From Rhynchobatus australiae (lineage: Eukaryota): DNA of 64,000 bases. The position numbers and the translations under genes were made by a program. The notes beneath the pieces are model-generated. The model was not told the DNA's origin. It worked only from the letters and a program-made list of their open reading frames with translations, and ran no database searches. Shown piece by piece: positions 36,421 to 49,019 of the stretch; the first letter of the stretch is position 1, and each line of letters starts with the position of its first letter. The DNA lies in the NCBI GenBank assembly GCA_034780895.1, contig JAUZTB010000062.1:16992978-17056977 (forward strand), given 5' to 3'.

Positions 36421-38261
36421 ATTAACATAAATAGTGAATAAGCCTTCCCAGCTCTTGTGAGGCTAGCAGTGACATTACTTAACTGAGTATTTTCCATCCA
36501 ACGGAATCTGGCACTGGGTTCTTGGCTCAGGAAGGTCTTCTTTAAGTAATGTACTTTGCCAGCACAGCAGCTTTCCCTCAAGCTCTTTTCCATTACCCTC
36601 ATTTGTGACCCTCCACACTCTCTCCAGCTCCATAACTGATCCCTTAGTCTAATTATCCCAACTAATCCCTCAGCCAGGCTTCCACCCTATCCTCCAATGG
36701 AACACTCTTCCCAGCCCTCCCTCCTGGCCATCAGTGTTTCCTCCGCTACAAGCTCCCCACTGATCTCCCAGCCTGATCTCTTACCCAATCCCCTGCCCCA
36801 ATACTATCTTGAATCTCAGATACCACTGTGACCCTTCATCTACCCATATTTGGGTGTCCTTCTCCTTGACTAATGACCTAACCTACCACCTCCCCGACGT
36901 CTCTCCCTCTTGCCATCTGGATCTAAACCCAGACTCAGGCCCAGACGGAGCCCAGACGTACTTTCAGACTTGTCATTAGCCCTGATTCAGGCACCATTCT
37001 ATTTTTGGACATGGATTCATGAAAGAAAGAATGTGAAAAGATGTAACTCTGATCGCCAACTCAAACCAATTTAGACAAATATTTGATTGATTATAGGAAA
37101 TAACTTGTGGGTTTGATTCATAATATTTCTTAATTGAAATCATGTTGGGGACTTCAGTTATTTGAGGGATGGTTAGTGAGTCACTCAGTGCCTCTTTCAA
37201 CTTGAGTTTTCATTGATTTAGTAGTGTCCAATGACATATTGTGAGTTTACATTAACTTAAAAAGGTGACAAATCATACCGAGTGGGCAAGTCAGGCCATG
37301 GGAAACCCAGAGAAAAATCAAACTGGGATAGAATATTATAATGGTCAGCTGGAGAGGAATAGTGGGCATGGATGACCTTGAAGCAACTTGATCACAAAGA
37401 TTTTGAATGCTTTGGAATCAGACACTTTCTGTAGTTGACCTGTGGGGTCCAACAACAGTGATGTCATCCAGCAGCGAGAGTTGCCAGTCAGGCTGAAGTA
37501 TGCTCACAGACTTCAAACCACAATGTGAAAAGCATTAAATTCTTCTATCTTTTAATACAGTTCACAGAAAGCAAAAGGAAGGTTATGACATACACATGGA
37601 CTTAAGGTAAAAGCTGAAATATTATTAAAATCCTTCAAAAATATAATTATTTTGTTTTAACAAATTTGGATTTTTCTTTCATGTGATGGAGGGAACAACA
37701 TGTGTCTAAAATTAGTTTATCAGGGGCAGAAATGTTGTTCAACAGGAATTATAACATTTTCAAAATTCAGCTTTAACTCATTGAATGAGTTTATCACTAT
37801 TTTTGAAAATGAGACTGTTTTGTTAAAGTTTGGATTTCAAGCCAAATCACTGGTTATTTTCATTATATCTGTAAATACCACAACAACATACCCTATCTTT
37901 TTTTTTAAAGATTTGAGTGTCTAATGGTGCAAGCTTATACNNNNNNNNNNNNNNNNNNNNNNNNNNNNNNNNNNNNNNNNNNNNNNNNNNNNNNNNNNNN
38001 NNNNNNNNNNNNNNNNNNNNNNNNNNNNNNNNNNNNNNNNCTTTTTTTTTAAAGATTTGTGTGTCTAATGGTGCAAGCTTATACCCCAGAAGTTGCTGTT
38101 GGATTGATATAGCAACAACAGCAACTGCAAACCCAGGGTGTTCTAGTTAAATTTGTATGTCTGTGAAATGGAAGTGAATTAATCTGTAGCTGGAAATTTG
38201 GAAACATTTTCTGTAAAATAAAGAAATAAGAAAATAGATCAGTAATACCTATAACTGTTTG

Positions 38262-38446
38262 ACATATAAAGAGCTGGAGGAACTCAGGGGTTCAGGCAGC
38301 ATCTATGGAGGGAAATGGACATTTGACATTTTGGGCCGACACACTTAAGGTTGACTGTCCATTTCCCTCTGTAGATGCTGCCTGACCCATTGAATTCCTC
38401 CAGTACTTTGTGTGTTGCTCTAGATTTCCAGCATCTCTTGTGTTTC
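38262..38446. mobile_element. Palindromic Penelope-derived element (complete hairpin)
   Basis: 38273-38320 gctggaggaactcaggggttcaggcagcatctatggagggaaatggaca pairs with about 38357-38404 tgtccatttccctctgtagatgctgcctgacccattgaattcctccagt. Confidence 0.75.
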
Positions 38447-38611
38447 CATGTAACCGTTTAAAGTTTCCAACCACAAAATATTGATTTTTTTTTTCCTTGC
38501 CTGATTGGCAACTCACGTCCACTTCCACTGGAAATGAGAGCAAGAGGCTACTACAGATGTTGAGCACATTTAATTAAAATAAAACAACAGCATACTACAG
38601 ATGGTAAAAAT

Positions 38612-38782
38612 ATAAAATGAAAACATTTTAGATATGTTATGGACACATAGCAAATCAAGCAGCATCAGCTTAAGAAGAAATAGTATATGTTAATAGATCA
38701 GATGAAGGGTGTGAGGCTGAAATGTTAATTGTTTTTTCCCTTTCCACCTGCAGTGTGCTTGGCAGTATTTTCTGTTTTTATT
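38612..38782. mobile_element. Very old palindromic Penelope-derived element
   Basis: Eroded arms around cagatgaagggtgtgaggctgaaatgttaa (38699-38728), a decayed CTGATGA...GAAAC core. Confidence 0.4.
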
Positions 38783-40439
38783 GCACTTTTTTTTGGCAAC
38801 AACTCCAAATGATAGCGATTAAAACATTGTGAGAGGATGAATCTGACTGAATAGGACAGATTAAGGATGGGCATGTGTGTTTTACTGCTTAACAAAGGAA
38901 AAATGTAATCAAGCTCGTCTGTGCTTGATGTTTGCCGGGGGCTTGGATGCTGCAGTAACAAATAAAATCAAGAATAAATATTCCAAACCATGTTCCTGGG
39001 CACTACCTTCCTGCTTGCCAGGAATGACAGACTATGCAAGCTTTTGAAAGAAATAGTTGTCCAGCTATGGTTGATTATACCAGAAATTCCATTACTGTTG
39101 CTGTCAGACTTGTTGGTACTGATGGNNNNNNNNNNNNNNNNNNNNNNNNNNNNNNNNNNNNNNNNNNNNNNNNNNNNNNNNNNNNNNNNNNNNNNNNNNN
39201 NNNNNNNNNNNNNNNNNNNNNNNNNNNNNNNNNNNNNNNNNNNNNNNNNNNNNNNNNNNNNNNNNNNNNNNNNNNNNNNNNNNNNNNNNNNNNNNNNNNN
39301 NNNNNNNNNNNNNNNNNNNNNNAGAATTGGGTTATATCCAACAAACTTTTAAAATGTCTGGTGGTAATTTTGGTGAAGTAATGAAAATTCTGGCTCAAAG
39401 TACACAGTACTCATTTGATGTGACAATCTGAAAGTCTAGTTTTGGGCTATAATTGCACATTATCATAATTTGACCTTCCCTAAAGGTGCAACTTCTGGTC
39501 TGGCATTCATGTAGTGGTCAGAAGGAATTTTAGTGGAGAACAAAATGTGGACTTTCACTGAAGGTGTCGAGTCCAGAAAGTAATGTTCAGCAGGATGAAT
39601 CAAGGATCAGAAGGGAGGCACACCAGTGGCACTGGAGGAGGAGCCGTATCCCACAGAAAGGAAGGAGTCCACTCCCCCTCCCTCTAATTGCTATCTCTGG
39701 TCGTTGCTCCATTCCCCCGGAGATGAAGATGGGCCCAAGCCAAATGCCCAACACCAGGTGTGACTTGCACAAGATGTTTAACCATGTGAATTAACATGGC
39801 ACTCTTGTGACTTCATAGAATTTCTGGGTCAAACATAGACTGTTGATAAAGTCATGTCAACATCTCCCAGTGTGTTCTTTCAAATGTTTATAGCAAGTGA
39901 TTAATAAAAGTTCATGAAATCTACAAAAGGTAAATTGAATCTTGGGAAAGTCACAGTGGTGAAGGACCTGAGACTCTCATGCATAGACTTGACCAATGTA
40001 GTTTTTATGATGCAAGCTTTTCTTCGTATTTCTTTCACTATTGCTGCTTCATGAGCAAATCTCTAAAAACTATGGCACGTTGGAGAGACTTTATTAAGCA
40101 ATGCCATTTGTAAATAGGAAGTGCCTAAAGCAGTCCCTGACATAATCAAACTGAACTCTGTGATACATAACCAGTCCAAACATATGAACAGTATACAAAG
40201 TAATCTTGCCAATACAGTGGTGCATAAAAATCACATCTTCTCTTCACATTGGAAGCTAGGATTATAGAAGCTCAGAGCTTACAAGATGGCCATTTGGGCC
40301 ACCATGTCAATGGCAAATTTTTACTGGAGCAATCTAAGACTGATTCCACCAATGTTAAAAACTCATCTTTAGAATAACCTCCAATCAAGACAGCCTCCAA
40401 TCAAGACAGCTTCCTGCTGAGTTCCAACAATTCTCATAA

Positions 40440-40715
40440 AAATAGAAAACTATGGGAATACGCAGCACCTGTGGACAGAGAAACTGTGTTAACGTTTTAG
40501 GTTGATGACCTTTCATCAGAAGTGGGTACAGTTTAAAATAAAATCAGTTTTAAGTTGTGGAGAAAGCTGGAGAGATCAGGAGAGATTGAATGATTATATG
40601 AAAGAGGAGGTGTGAATGAGAGAAGATAAGTGAAACCAGAAGCAGACATGGGGAAAAGTGCTGGGAAGATGGGATATTGGACAGGAATGGCTACTTATCT
40701 GAAATTTTTGAATTT
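40440..40715 (-). mobile_element. Penelope-like element 3' end (ORF terminus, pyrimidine-rich UTR, hammerhead-like core)
   Basis: Minus ...aaattcaaaaatttcagataa (KFKNFR*, like IEFNNFR* at the end of the GIY-YIG ORF), then CTGATGA A AGGT CATCA ACCT AAAA CGTT AAC and the family arm. Confidence 0.6.
40488..40520 (-). ncRNA. Degenerate minimal hammerhead ribozyme core
   Basis: CUGAUGA, extra A, stem II AGGU/ACCU, AAAA in place of GAAA, palindromic ACGU, UH; one core substitution; helix I not demonstrated. Confidence 0.4.
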
Positions 40716-42049
40716 GGTTTTCCAGAGTTTTATCCCTGCACCCTAGAGAAAGCGTACATTATGGTCTTAAACTGAAATTATGTGTTGGAGATTAGTTGCG
40801 ATCCTGAACAAGCTCCTTTCATTCTTGATTTTGGNNNNNNNNNNGGCATCAGACTGATGGATGTCAAAGTAATTCAACTGCAGCTTCTGCCATTAAAAGA
40901 ACAGTTGAGATCTGAAAGGGAATTGGATGCCTACAACATGTTACAGTTTCATGCTATCAAGCAAAAAGAATAGGTTTCATTTTATATTTCTGAAGTCTTC
41001 AGAAAGTTCAGTATGTCATCATTCATATGGAAAATGCCAGAATTTATTAGATGAAAGGTGAAGTGCTATAGAATATTTCATACAGCTCAGTGCTCAATAT
41101 CAATAATTCACAGTATATATCCAGTCAGTATTAAGAAAAATGCATGATTTCTATTTACTCAGATGATAAAATGTTGCATTTTACATTCAGTGCCCTCCTG
41201 TAGCCTTTAACTTTACTCAGTAATGGTCCTGGTTCATTGTGGGATGACAGAGAACATGTGATCCAGCCCTACTGAGACCTGTGGTTAATTAATCTTCAGC
41301 AGCCTGTGGCAGCAAAACTGTTCTCTGAGGACTAGATAAAGAGAGTTTTATTGTGCTGCCTTACCAGAAAAGTACATGTTCACAAGCAACAGTGACTGAG
41401 TTATTTTATCTGAAAATTGGAAAAGTTTGATTTTGAAATTTTTGTAAAATCCTTGCAAGTGGTCCTTGAAAGAAATAGTGTTTCTGCTCCTTGCAATTTC
41501 ACTGTGTTTTAGACGATTTGCTGGAAAATGGCGCAGGAAGCAGGTCACCTGTTGTTGTTTGTAACCAGCATTACTGTGCACTGGGATTTGCTAACTTTCT
41601 CTTATTCTGCAAGGAGTAAGCATGCATTTGAAATATGTGCATGTACATAACATGATAATAGAACATGATAATGTTCAGTATCATTTGAAAGACATGCTGT
41701 TTCATAAAAATGGAAACATTATGCAATATGATGCACTTTATATGATTGGTCTCTTGACAATCCGAGTAAGCCAAATTCAATGCTATTCTGGAATTTATTT
41801 TACCAGTATACTGATATCTATTCCAAAGTTCTGCTGAGTTTGCAAATCAGTGATCTTGATGGTGGTGATGTTTTCCCTTAGTTATTTTTTAATCTTTTGT
41901 AATGGCTAAGATTAGTCCCAAGGTTTAATAATTATCATCATAGACAGCACAGACATCATGGTCTGAAGGGCCTATTCCAGTGCTTTACTATGCTATGTTC
42001 CATGGCCTGACCTCCCGCGCCTTTAGTGGAGGTTGATGTGCAGTGTTAG

Positions 42050-42768
42050 GAGAGAAGGGTTATTATCTAAGTGGGGAGAGAGACTGCTAATGTGTGAAAA
42101 TCAGAGGGAGCTAGGTATTCCAGTGCACGAATCACGAAAAGTTAGCAAGCAGGTGCAACATGTAGCCAAGAAGGCAAACGGCATGTGGCCTTCGTTGCAA
42201 AGTGGTTGGAGTTTAAGAATAGGGAGGTTTTGTTATAGTTTACCGGGTGCTAGTGAGGCCAGACCTGGAATGCTGTGCACAGTTTTGGTCCCTTATCTGA
42301 CTATGGATTTAGTAGCATTGGAGGCAGCACCCGGGAGATTCACATGGCTAATACCTGGGATGACATGGTTGTGTTATCAAGAGAGGCTGGACAGATTTGG
42401 TTTATATTTTTTGGAATTTAGTAGGATGATGAGTGACCTTATTCACACACATAATGGGGTTCGACAGCACAGATGTTGAGATGTTTCTGATAATGGGAGA
42501 GTCAGGAACAAGGAGACATAACCACAAAGTAGGGGGCTAATCATTTAAAACTGATGTGTGTATTTCTTTTGAAGATGGTGGATTTCTGGAACTCTCTGCC
42601 CCCACAGGTGGAGATTTTTAAAGTGGAGATAAATATTTGAAAGAGTGAGAGATTAAGGGTTATGTGGAACTGGAACAGAAGAGGATTTGAGNNNNNNNNN
42701 NNNNNNNNNNNNNNNNNNNNNNNNNNNNNNNAGGGGCCTGGTGGTCTGCTCCTAGGTCCTTGTGTCCT
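42050..42768 (+). mobile_element. CR1/HER1-like LINE 3' part
   Basis: QRELGIPVHESRKVSKQVQHVAKKANGM ... YQERLDRFGLYFLEFSRMMSDLI; tail aggggcctggtggtctgctcctag. Confidence 0.85.
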
Positions 42769-42770
42769 CA

Positions 42771-43218
42771 GTTAGTTCCAGTGGCCAGGACATATCATTT
42801 GCATGCCTAACACTCATCCCCCAAGCACAGACACTCTATTCTGAGCTGTGTCACAGGAAGAGATCACCAGGTGGACAGAAGAAACTTTTCGAAGATGTTC
42901 TCAAGGTTCCTTGGAAAATTACATCATCACTGACTTCTGCGAATCTCTGACCCATGACTGCTTAAAGTGGGGAAAGAAGATTTGAGATGACAATGAGAAC
43001 CTCAAGCCTATGCATCAGGAACACACATAGAAGCCGGGGGCAAATGGTGGAAGGGGCACCCAGCCTTGCAAAGTACTGACCTGCTCGCTCTTCAGGCACA
43101 TCATCAACGGAAAAGTCAGTGAGTCCCATATTGTTCTCACCAGTCACTTCAGAACCCACAGAGCTGGAATGGGGGCTAGTTATCCTCAATCCCAAAGGAC
43201 AGCCTAAGAAAGAGAAGA
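42771..43218 (+). mobile_element. RTE-clade LINE 3' end
   Basis: QWPGHIICMP...QTLYSELCHRKRSPGGQKKLFEDVLK (like RWAGHVxRM...LYSELxxGKRxxGGQRKRFKDxLK); tail atcctcaatcccaaaggacagcctaagaaagagaaga. Confidence 0.8.
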
Positions 43219-43814
43219 TTACTCATGGATAGTCAGCAGTCCAAACCATCCTGAGATAAAAATGGGAAATGATGGGGATGCTTTGACCTGGAAAGTTAAT
43301 GCTTCAAACCTAGGTTTGCTCACTAATCTTCATTGGTTCCATTTCACTTATCATGCTTTATCCTCAGCTGTCGAGACCATAAGTCCCTGAAGGTAACTTG
43401 TTCTCTCTCTCTCTCTCTTTCTCTCTCACACATATAATACCGATAGTGAATCAAATGCTATCCGAAGATGCAGCATGTTTAAAGTGAGAGAATACACAAA
43501 TGTGCAAACGTAAAGCTGTTACTGTTTTACCACATAAATTTTGTCCACATTTGAAAATTCTCATTATAAATGTGGACTTAATATTTTACTATGACATCAC
43601 CCATATAAGAATATCACACAGCAGCACTTTCCAAGTGGAAGATTATATTTGCAGGTTGACAATTTGGAAAGGACTAAGTCAGTTTCACTCTCACACAGCC
43701 GAAATGGGGTTGGTNNNNNNNNNNNNNNNNNNNNNNNNNNNNNNNNNNNNNNNNNNNNNNNNNNNNNNNNNNNNNNNNNNNNNNNNNNNNNNNNNNNNNN
43801 NNNNNNNNNNNNNN

Positions 43815-43890
43815 TAAGTAGTTATTAATAAAGTAGTTTTTAACACTTATACATGTCTCGGTGTGTTTCTTTTGTTGCTGGTTCGTAACA
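43815..43890 (+). mobile_element. Possible LTR 3' end emerging from a gap
   Basis: AATAAA, then tgtctcggtgtgtttcttttgttgctggttcgTAACA, resembling a U5 end; left terminus and TSD not visible. Confidence 0.35.
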
Positions 43891-43913
43891 AGTAAAGGCC
43901 CATCTCTGACAAT

Positions 43914-44186
43914 ATGTACATTGAAACACACAGTAAAATGCATCTTTTGCGTGGAGTGTTCTGGGGGCAGCCTGCAAGTGGTGCCACACTTCTGGCGCCG
44001 ACAAGGCATGCCCACAACTTCCTAACCTGTACGTCTTTGGAATGCGGGAGGAAACTGGAACACCCTGGAGGAAACCCATGGAGACATGGGGAGAACATAC
44101 AAACTCCTTACAGACAGTGACCGGCATTGGACCCAGGTCACTGGTGCTGTAAAGCGTTACGCTAATTGCTACACTACCGTGCCTGC
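43914..44186 (-). mobile_element. Near full-length tRNA-derived V-SINE
   Basis: Minus: head gcaggcacggtagtgtagcaattagc (A box), gggtccaatgcc (B box), V-domain gtttgtatgttctccccatgtctccatgggtttcctccagggtgttccagtttcctcccgcattccaaagacgt, then tail. Confidence 0.9.
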
Positions 44187-46449
44187 ATTTAATGTGCATT
44201 TATCAGATCACTGTTGGCTCTGTGTCTCCAAGCACTATACAAAGTCTTTATAATAAGCAAGGTAACTTTGTGGGTGTCTGATGCTTGAAGGTTTAAAATT
44301 AAGATGGGAACCTTTCAATATTCAACATATAGTTACCATGAAAATGAAGATATTAACCTCTGTGGGATGAAAATACACCTTCCAATGTCGTTATTTGCCC
44401 ACAAACACTGAAAGAGATAGTAAAAGGAGGGAGAAAGATTCAAAAGCTCTTAAGCACTTTCCTAGAATTGGACAAGTATATCCCATGACTGCTGGGGGTT
44501 TTTATCTTTATGATTAAAACTTCATAAATAATTGCCTGAAAGTTCACTGCAATCTGCCGAATAGTTTTAACCATAATTTGCATCTGAATTGTACTGCATT
44601 GCAAAATGTTTGCAGAGTGCTTTAAAGAACGCATGCATTGATGAGAGTTGCTGTGACTATCATAAATATGGTTTTCATCCAAATCTGATGAAAGAATGAA
44701 AAAAATCACTTTGAGTTATTACTTGCACATGTAGCTGTACATTCATGCACACATAACCCCATAGCCAGTGAAGGATTACATGCATCTGTGATCTTCTGTT
44801 ATTTGACAAATAATACAGCATATTAGAAGCTACCAATATGAACTCTGCACCGTAGTGACCTTAAATAGTTTTCTTAATTATATCTGTAGNNNNNNNNNNN
44901 NNNNNNNNNNNNNNNNNNNNNNNNNNNNNNNNNNNNNNNNNNNNNNNNNNNNNNNNNNNNNNNNNNNNNNNNNNNNNNNNNNNNNNNNNNNNNNNNNNNN
45001 NNNNNNNNNNNNNNNNNNNNNNNNNNNNNNNNNNNNNNNNNNNNNNNNNNNNNNNNNNNNNNNNNNNNNNNNNNNNNNNNNNNNNNNNNNNNNNNNNNNN
45101 NNNNNNNNNNNNNNNNNNNNNNNNNNNNNNNNNNNNNNNNNNNNNNNNNNNNNNNNNNNNNNNNNNNNNNNNNNNNNNNNNNNNNNNNNNNNNNNNNNNN
45201 NNNNNNNNNNNNNNNNNNNNNNNNNNNNNNNNNNNNNNNNNNNNNNNNNNNNNNNNNNNNNNNNNNNNNNNNNNNNNNNNNNNNNNNNNNNNNNNNNNNN
45301 NNNNNNNNNNNNNNNNNNNNNNNNNNNNNNNNNNNNNNNNNNNNNNNNNNNNNNNNNNNNNNNNNNNNNNNNNNNNNNCTCCCTCCTTGTAAAAGTCTCC
45401 TCAAAGCATTTTTTCATCATGTCTTCGATTATTTCTCCAGACCTATCCACCTGCTTGATCTTAGTGCTTTATATGAAATAACTTACGGCATTCTGGAAAA
45501 TTTCATTTTGTGATGGATGATGTAAGATGCAAGTAAATGTAGATATTTCTGCCATGAAGCAAAATCCCACATAGAACACATATTTAAAAAGTATTTTAAA
45601 TTTTGTGAGGTATTTTTCAATGTACACTAACAATTGCACATATAATTAAAATGATTTCTGTATTTTATATATAAATCATATTCATTTTAATATAGTTAAC
45701 CAATTTAGTGCCTAGTCTACAATACTGAACTGAAGAATGTCATGCAAATGAGCTGCATTGCCAGCACATTAATAATTTCCAACTTAGTTCTTACCACACA
45801 ACTTGTCATGAAATAAATTGATATTGCATTTTTTATTGTTATCTGATGGATATATTGACCTCGCATGCATGGTAGAGAGTTGATGACATGGGTAAGACTT
45901 TGATATGCAGGANNNNNNNNNNNNNNNNNNNNNNNNNNNNNNNNNNNNNNNNNNNNNNNNNNNNNNNNNNNNNNNNNNNNNNNTCTTTAAGAAAACATGG
46001 TTCAGCCTTTTGTATATAATGTGTAAGTGTATAATTATAAATAATCTATGTCCCCATTCTTTATTTCTGATCAACAGCACATATCTCTTTGAAAAATCAC
46101 TTTGAAAAAACTCTTGCAAAATTTGATATGAGAATTTTTAATGACAAGGGTCCTTCATAACAAAGGTAGGCTGTGCTTGATTTTGGATATTGCCTGATCT
46201 GGTCCAGTCATTCAATTTTATTAGCCTCTTTCAGCAGTTATAGTGGAACTAAGTTTGTGAATTTGTGAAGTGCAGTCACTAACTTCAGCTTCACTTGGTT
46301 TGGAATGTCACTTTTGATGAACGCTCTCCTTTTTTGTTTTGTCATAATAAGTTTGGTTCAGAGCATTGCCTTCATATTTGGAAATGAGCTTGAGACAGTG
46401 AAGTTGCAAACTTGCAATAAAACTAAGTTATTGCAGCTCCTCTGTAGCT

Positions 46450-46800
46450 GTTAACCATACTGGACACCATGCTACAGGAAGGATGTTATAGCACTGGAAA
46501 GAAAGTACAGAGAACATTTATGATGTTGCCAAGACCAGAGAGTTTTAATTATAAGTGAAATTAGACAAGTTTGTAGTTGTTTTCATTGGGATAATGGGGT
46601 CCAAGGGAAGATGTAATTGAGGTGTATCAGATTAGGGGAGACAGAGACCATGTGAACAGGAATGACCTACTTGCCTTAGCATAAAAGGCAATAACGAAGG
46701 GACATTGATTTAAAATACATTGCAGAAGGAATAAAGAGTTATTGAGAAAAATCAACCAGAGTGGTGATGGTCCAAAACCCAGTAATGAAGGTATGTTTAC
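46450..46800 (+). mobile_element. Eroded CR1-like LINE fragment
   Basis: ctggacaccatgctacaggaaggatgttatagcactggaaag (W.P.YRKDVIALE). Confidence 0.65.
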
Positions 46801-47171
46801 AAAGCCTGAAAGACAGTCAATGTGCTATTTTTTCCAGTATTGGAACCTTGGGGTTGGCCATTATATGTGAATCACTGACCATCACATTGTCTGCTGGCCA
46901 CAATGCAGAAAATAAAAGCTACAAAATAAACCTTCAAGCCAAATTTATAAATTGAAGCAGCAGTGACATAGCAACAAAGCTGGTCCCACTTGGGCATCTC
47001 CTGTTTTCCATACGCCTTTGCTTGTCCTAGTGTTCCTTAGCAGTGTCACCCTAATGTTCCTGTAGCATTTGGCTAGGTTACACTGATGAAGTATCTCACA
47101 AGAGACAGATACAAATTGCTCTTCTACCTAATGGTGATAAGGTCATCACACCATGAGTACTGGGACAAACC

Positions 47172-47266
47172 TCAGAACTGAAGGATCTTTGACCTGAAAC
47201 AGTAACTGTTTCTCTTTCCACAGATGCTGCCTGCCCTGCTGAGGGTTTTCAGCATTTTCTGTTTCT
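47172..47266 (+). mobile_element. Penelope-derived arm with decayed hammerhead core
   Basis: ctgaaggatctttgacctGAAACagtaactgtttctctttccacagatgctgcctgccctgctgag. Confidence 0.6.
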
Positions 47267-48264
47267 AGTAGTGTAAATATTGCAACCTCCACCCCTTCTT
47301 TACCAGCCCCACCTTCCTTTCCCTGCCGTAGTTCTGCTCCAGAGCATCCGAGAGAGCAGCATTCTTGTTTCAGCATATCAGTAATCTGCTCTATCACATT
47401 ACTTTGCATTTAGTGTTAGAAAGCTGCAAGCATGTGCCTGGGTTTCTTATTAGACTCATAGTCTGAGTTGTCAGTGGACACCTCTTGTCACCCAGTACTA
47501 TCTCTTCTTGTGTGCATAAATGTATATATAAATATACAACCTCAGTACATTATAAATCTTTAACCCAAACAATGTTATAATCTTAAATATAGAAGTCAAA
47601 CTATTCTGAAAATATACCACAATACATGCATTGTAAATTATATTTGAATTTATGCAATGTCTCTGTGGGATTTTCCAGCAGTCCCTTATATTTTATTCAA
47701 GCCTCTGAAAATATTTCTTATTTTGCCATCTGTTCAAAAAACAGAGAAGGGAAAGATCTACTTAGTGATTTCTGACCTTTTGCTGACAGCATTTCTCCCA
47801 GTTGCAGTGCAAATTCAGATCCACAGAACAGGTACTGAAAAATAATCCACCAAATGAAATGCTGCTCTCAGGCTTCGAGGATCAGAGGGCTATTAACATT
47901 TTAATCGACCCTTTCCTTAATGATGCTGATAAGGGGTTGATGGTATTTTCTCAAAAGAAAAGCTTGCAAGTGTAATTCTTCAAATCTGTTACATTACATA
48001 TGTAAATGCTAGCACACCATAATTAATCAAAACCCTAATCCAGCGCTATCAGGAAAGTTTCTGATTCCTTAAGGAATACAGTTAAATGAAGATTGAGTTT
48101 CAAAGAACTCCTGGGTCTCAGATCTGTTATACCAGTGAGAGAAACATGCAGACTAGAAATGCTCCACCAAACTAAACCAATATGAAAGGCAAATTGGTCC
48201 CCAATCCACGTGGTTGAAGTTATTATCTCCTCTTCAAGTATCACTCCCCAGCCAGGACTATAGG

Positions 48265-48640
48265 AGGCATAAGAAGTACAAGGGATGTAGTCCTGACAAC
48301 CTCTTGAGCCTACTCTACCACTTAATATCCTATCTGATCGAATGTCCCACTTTCTCTTCTAATCCCCATATCTCTTGATTTCAATTGCTCAGCCTTGACT
48401 CATTGACCAAGCATCTATAACTCTCTCGGGTAGAGGACTCCAAAGAATAATGCCCCACTAAATGAAATTTAAAAAAACCCCTCTCAGTCCAGATGGCCGA
48501 TACCATAGCCTGGGACCATGCTCCCTCATTCTAAACTCTCCAGCCATCAACATTGCCAATCTCCCTCAGAATTTTGTGTGTCTCAATAAGATCACCTCTT
48601 ATTCTAATGAACTCTAGTGGATAAAAGCCAATTTTACTCA
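48265..48640 (-). mobile_element. Old CR1-like LINE 3' end
   Basis: cataagaagtac... tail; ctctcgggtagaggactccaaaga; ataagatcacctcttattctaatgaactc (EFxRIRGDLI on minus). Confidence 0.7.
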
Positions 48641-49019
48641 TCCTTAGTGTATAAGATACAAGGAATCTATTGCCAACCCTTGCTTCTGCTGTTCAGTGTA
48701 ACCTAGAGGCTTGTGCAAATGTTATTAAACAATCTATTTCCAGTTTTCCATCTTTCCCACTTGATGAGAGAATTGCTTATTGGTTATCATTTGTGCTCTA
48801 ATCCACACCCTTAGTATTCTCTTGAATTCACTGAATGCCAGAATACTGATAATCATTAGCCAACTGACAGTAGGATAACAGCAAGTCTCTTGATGCCTTC
48901 AGAAAATAATCACTTGCAAGGGCCTTTTCTTTCTTTAAAGTGAGGTTTCATCAAAGTTATCTTTTAGTATATGTGGGATTAAATTGAAATAGAACAATGC
49001 AAAAGAAAGGTCTATAAGC

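Noticed and set aside
36600-36960. Pyrimidine-rich tract (similar tracts at 58900-59590 and, purine-rich, 51880-52050 and 60980-61200) giving Pro/Ser/Leu-rich ORFs
   Set aside because: Low-complexity sequence, probably decayed repeat interiors; no splice or homology support
40378-40410. Short perfect tandem duplications (here, 21932-21971 and 59209-59243)
   Set aside because: Ordinary slippage or repair duplications of 16-19 bp
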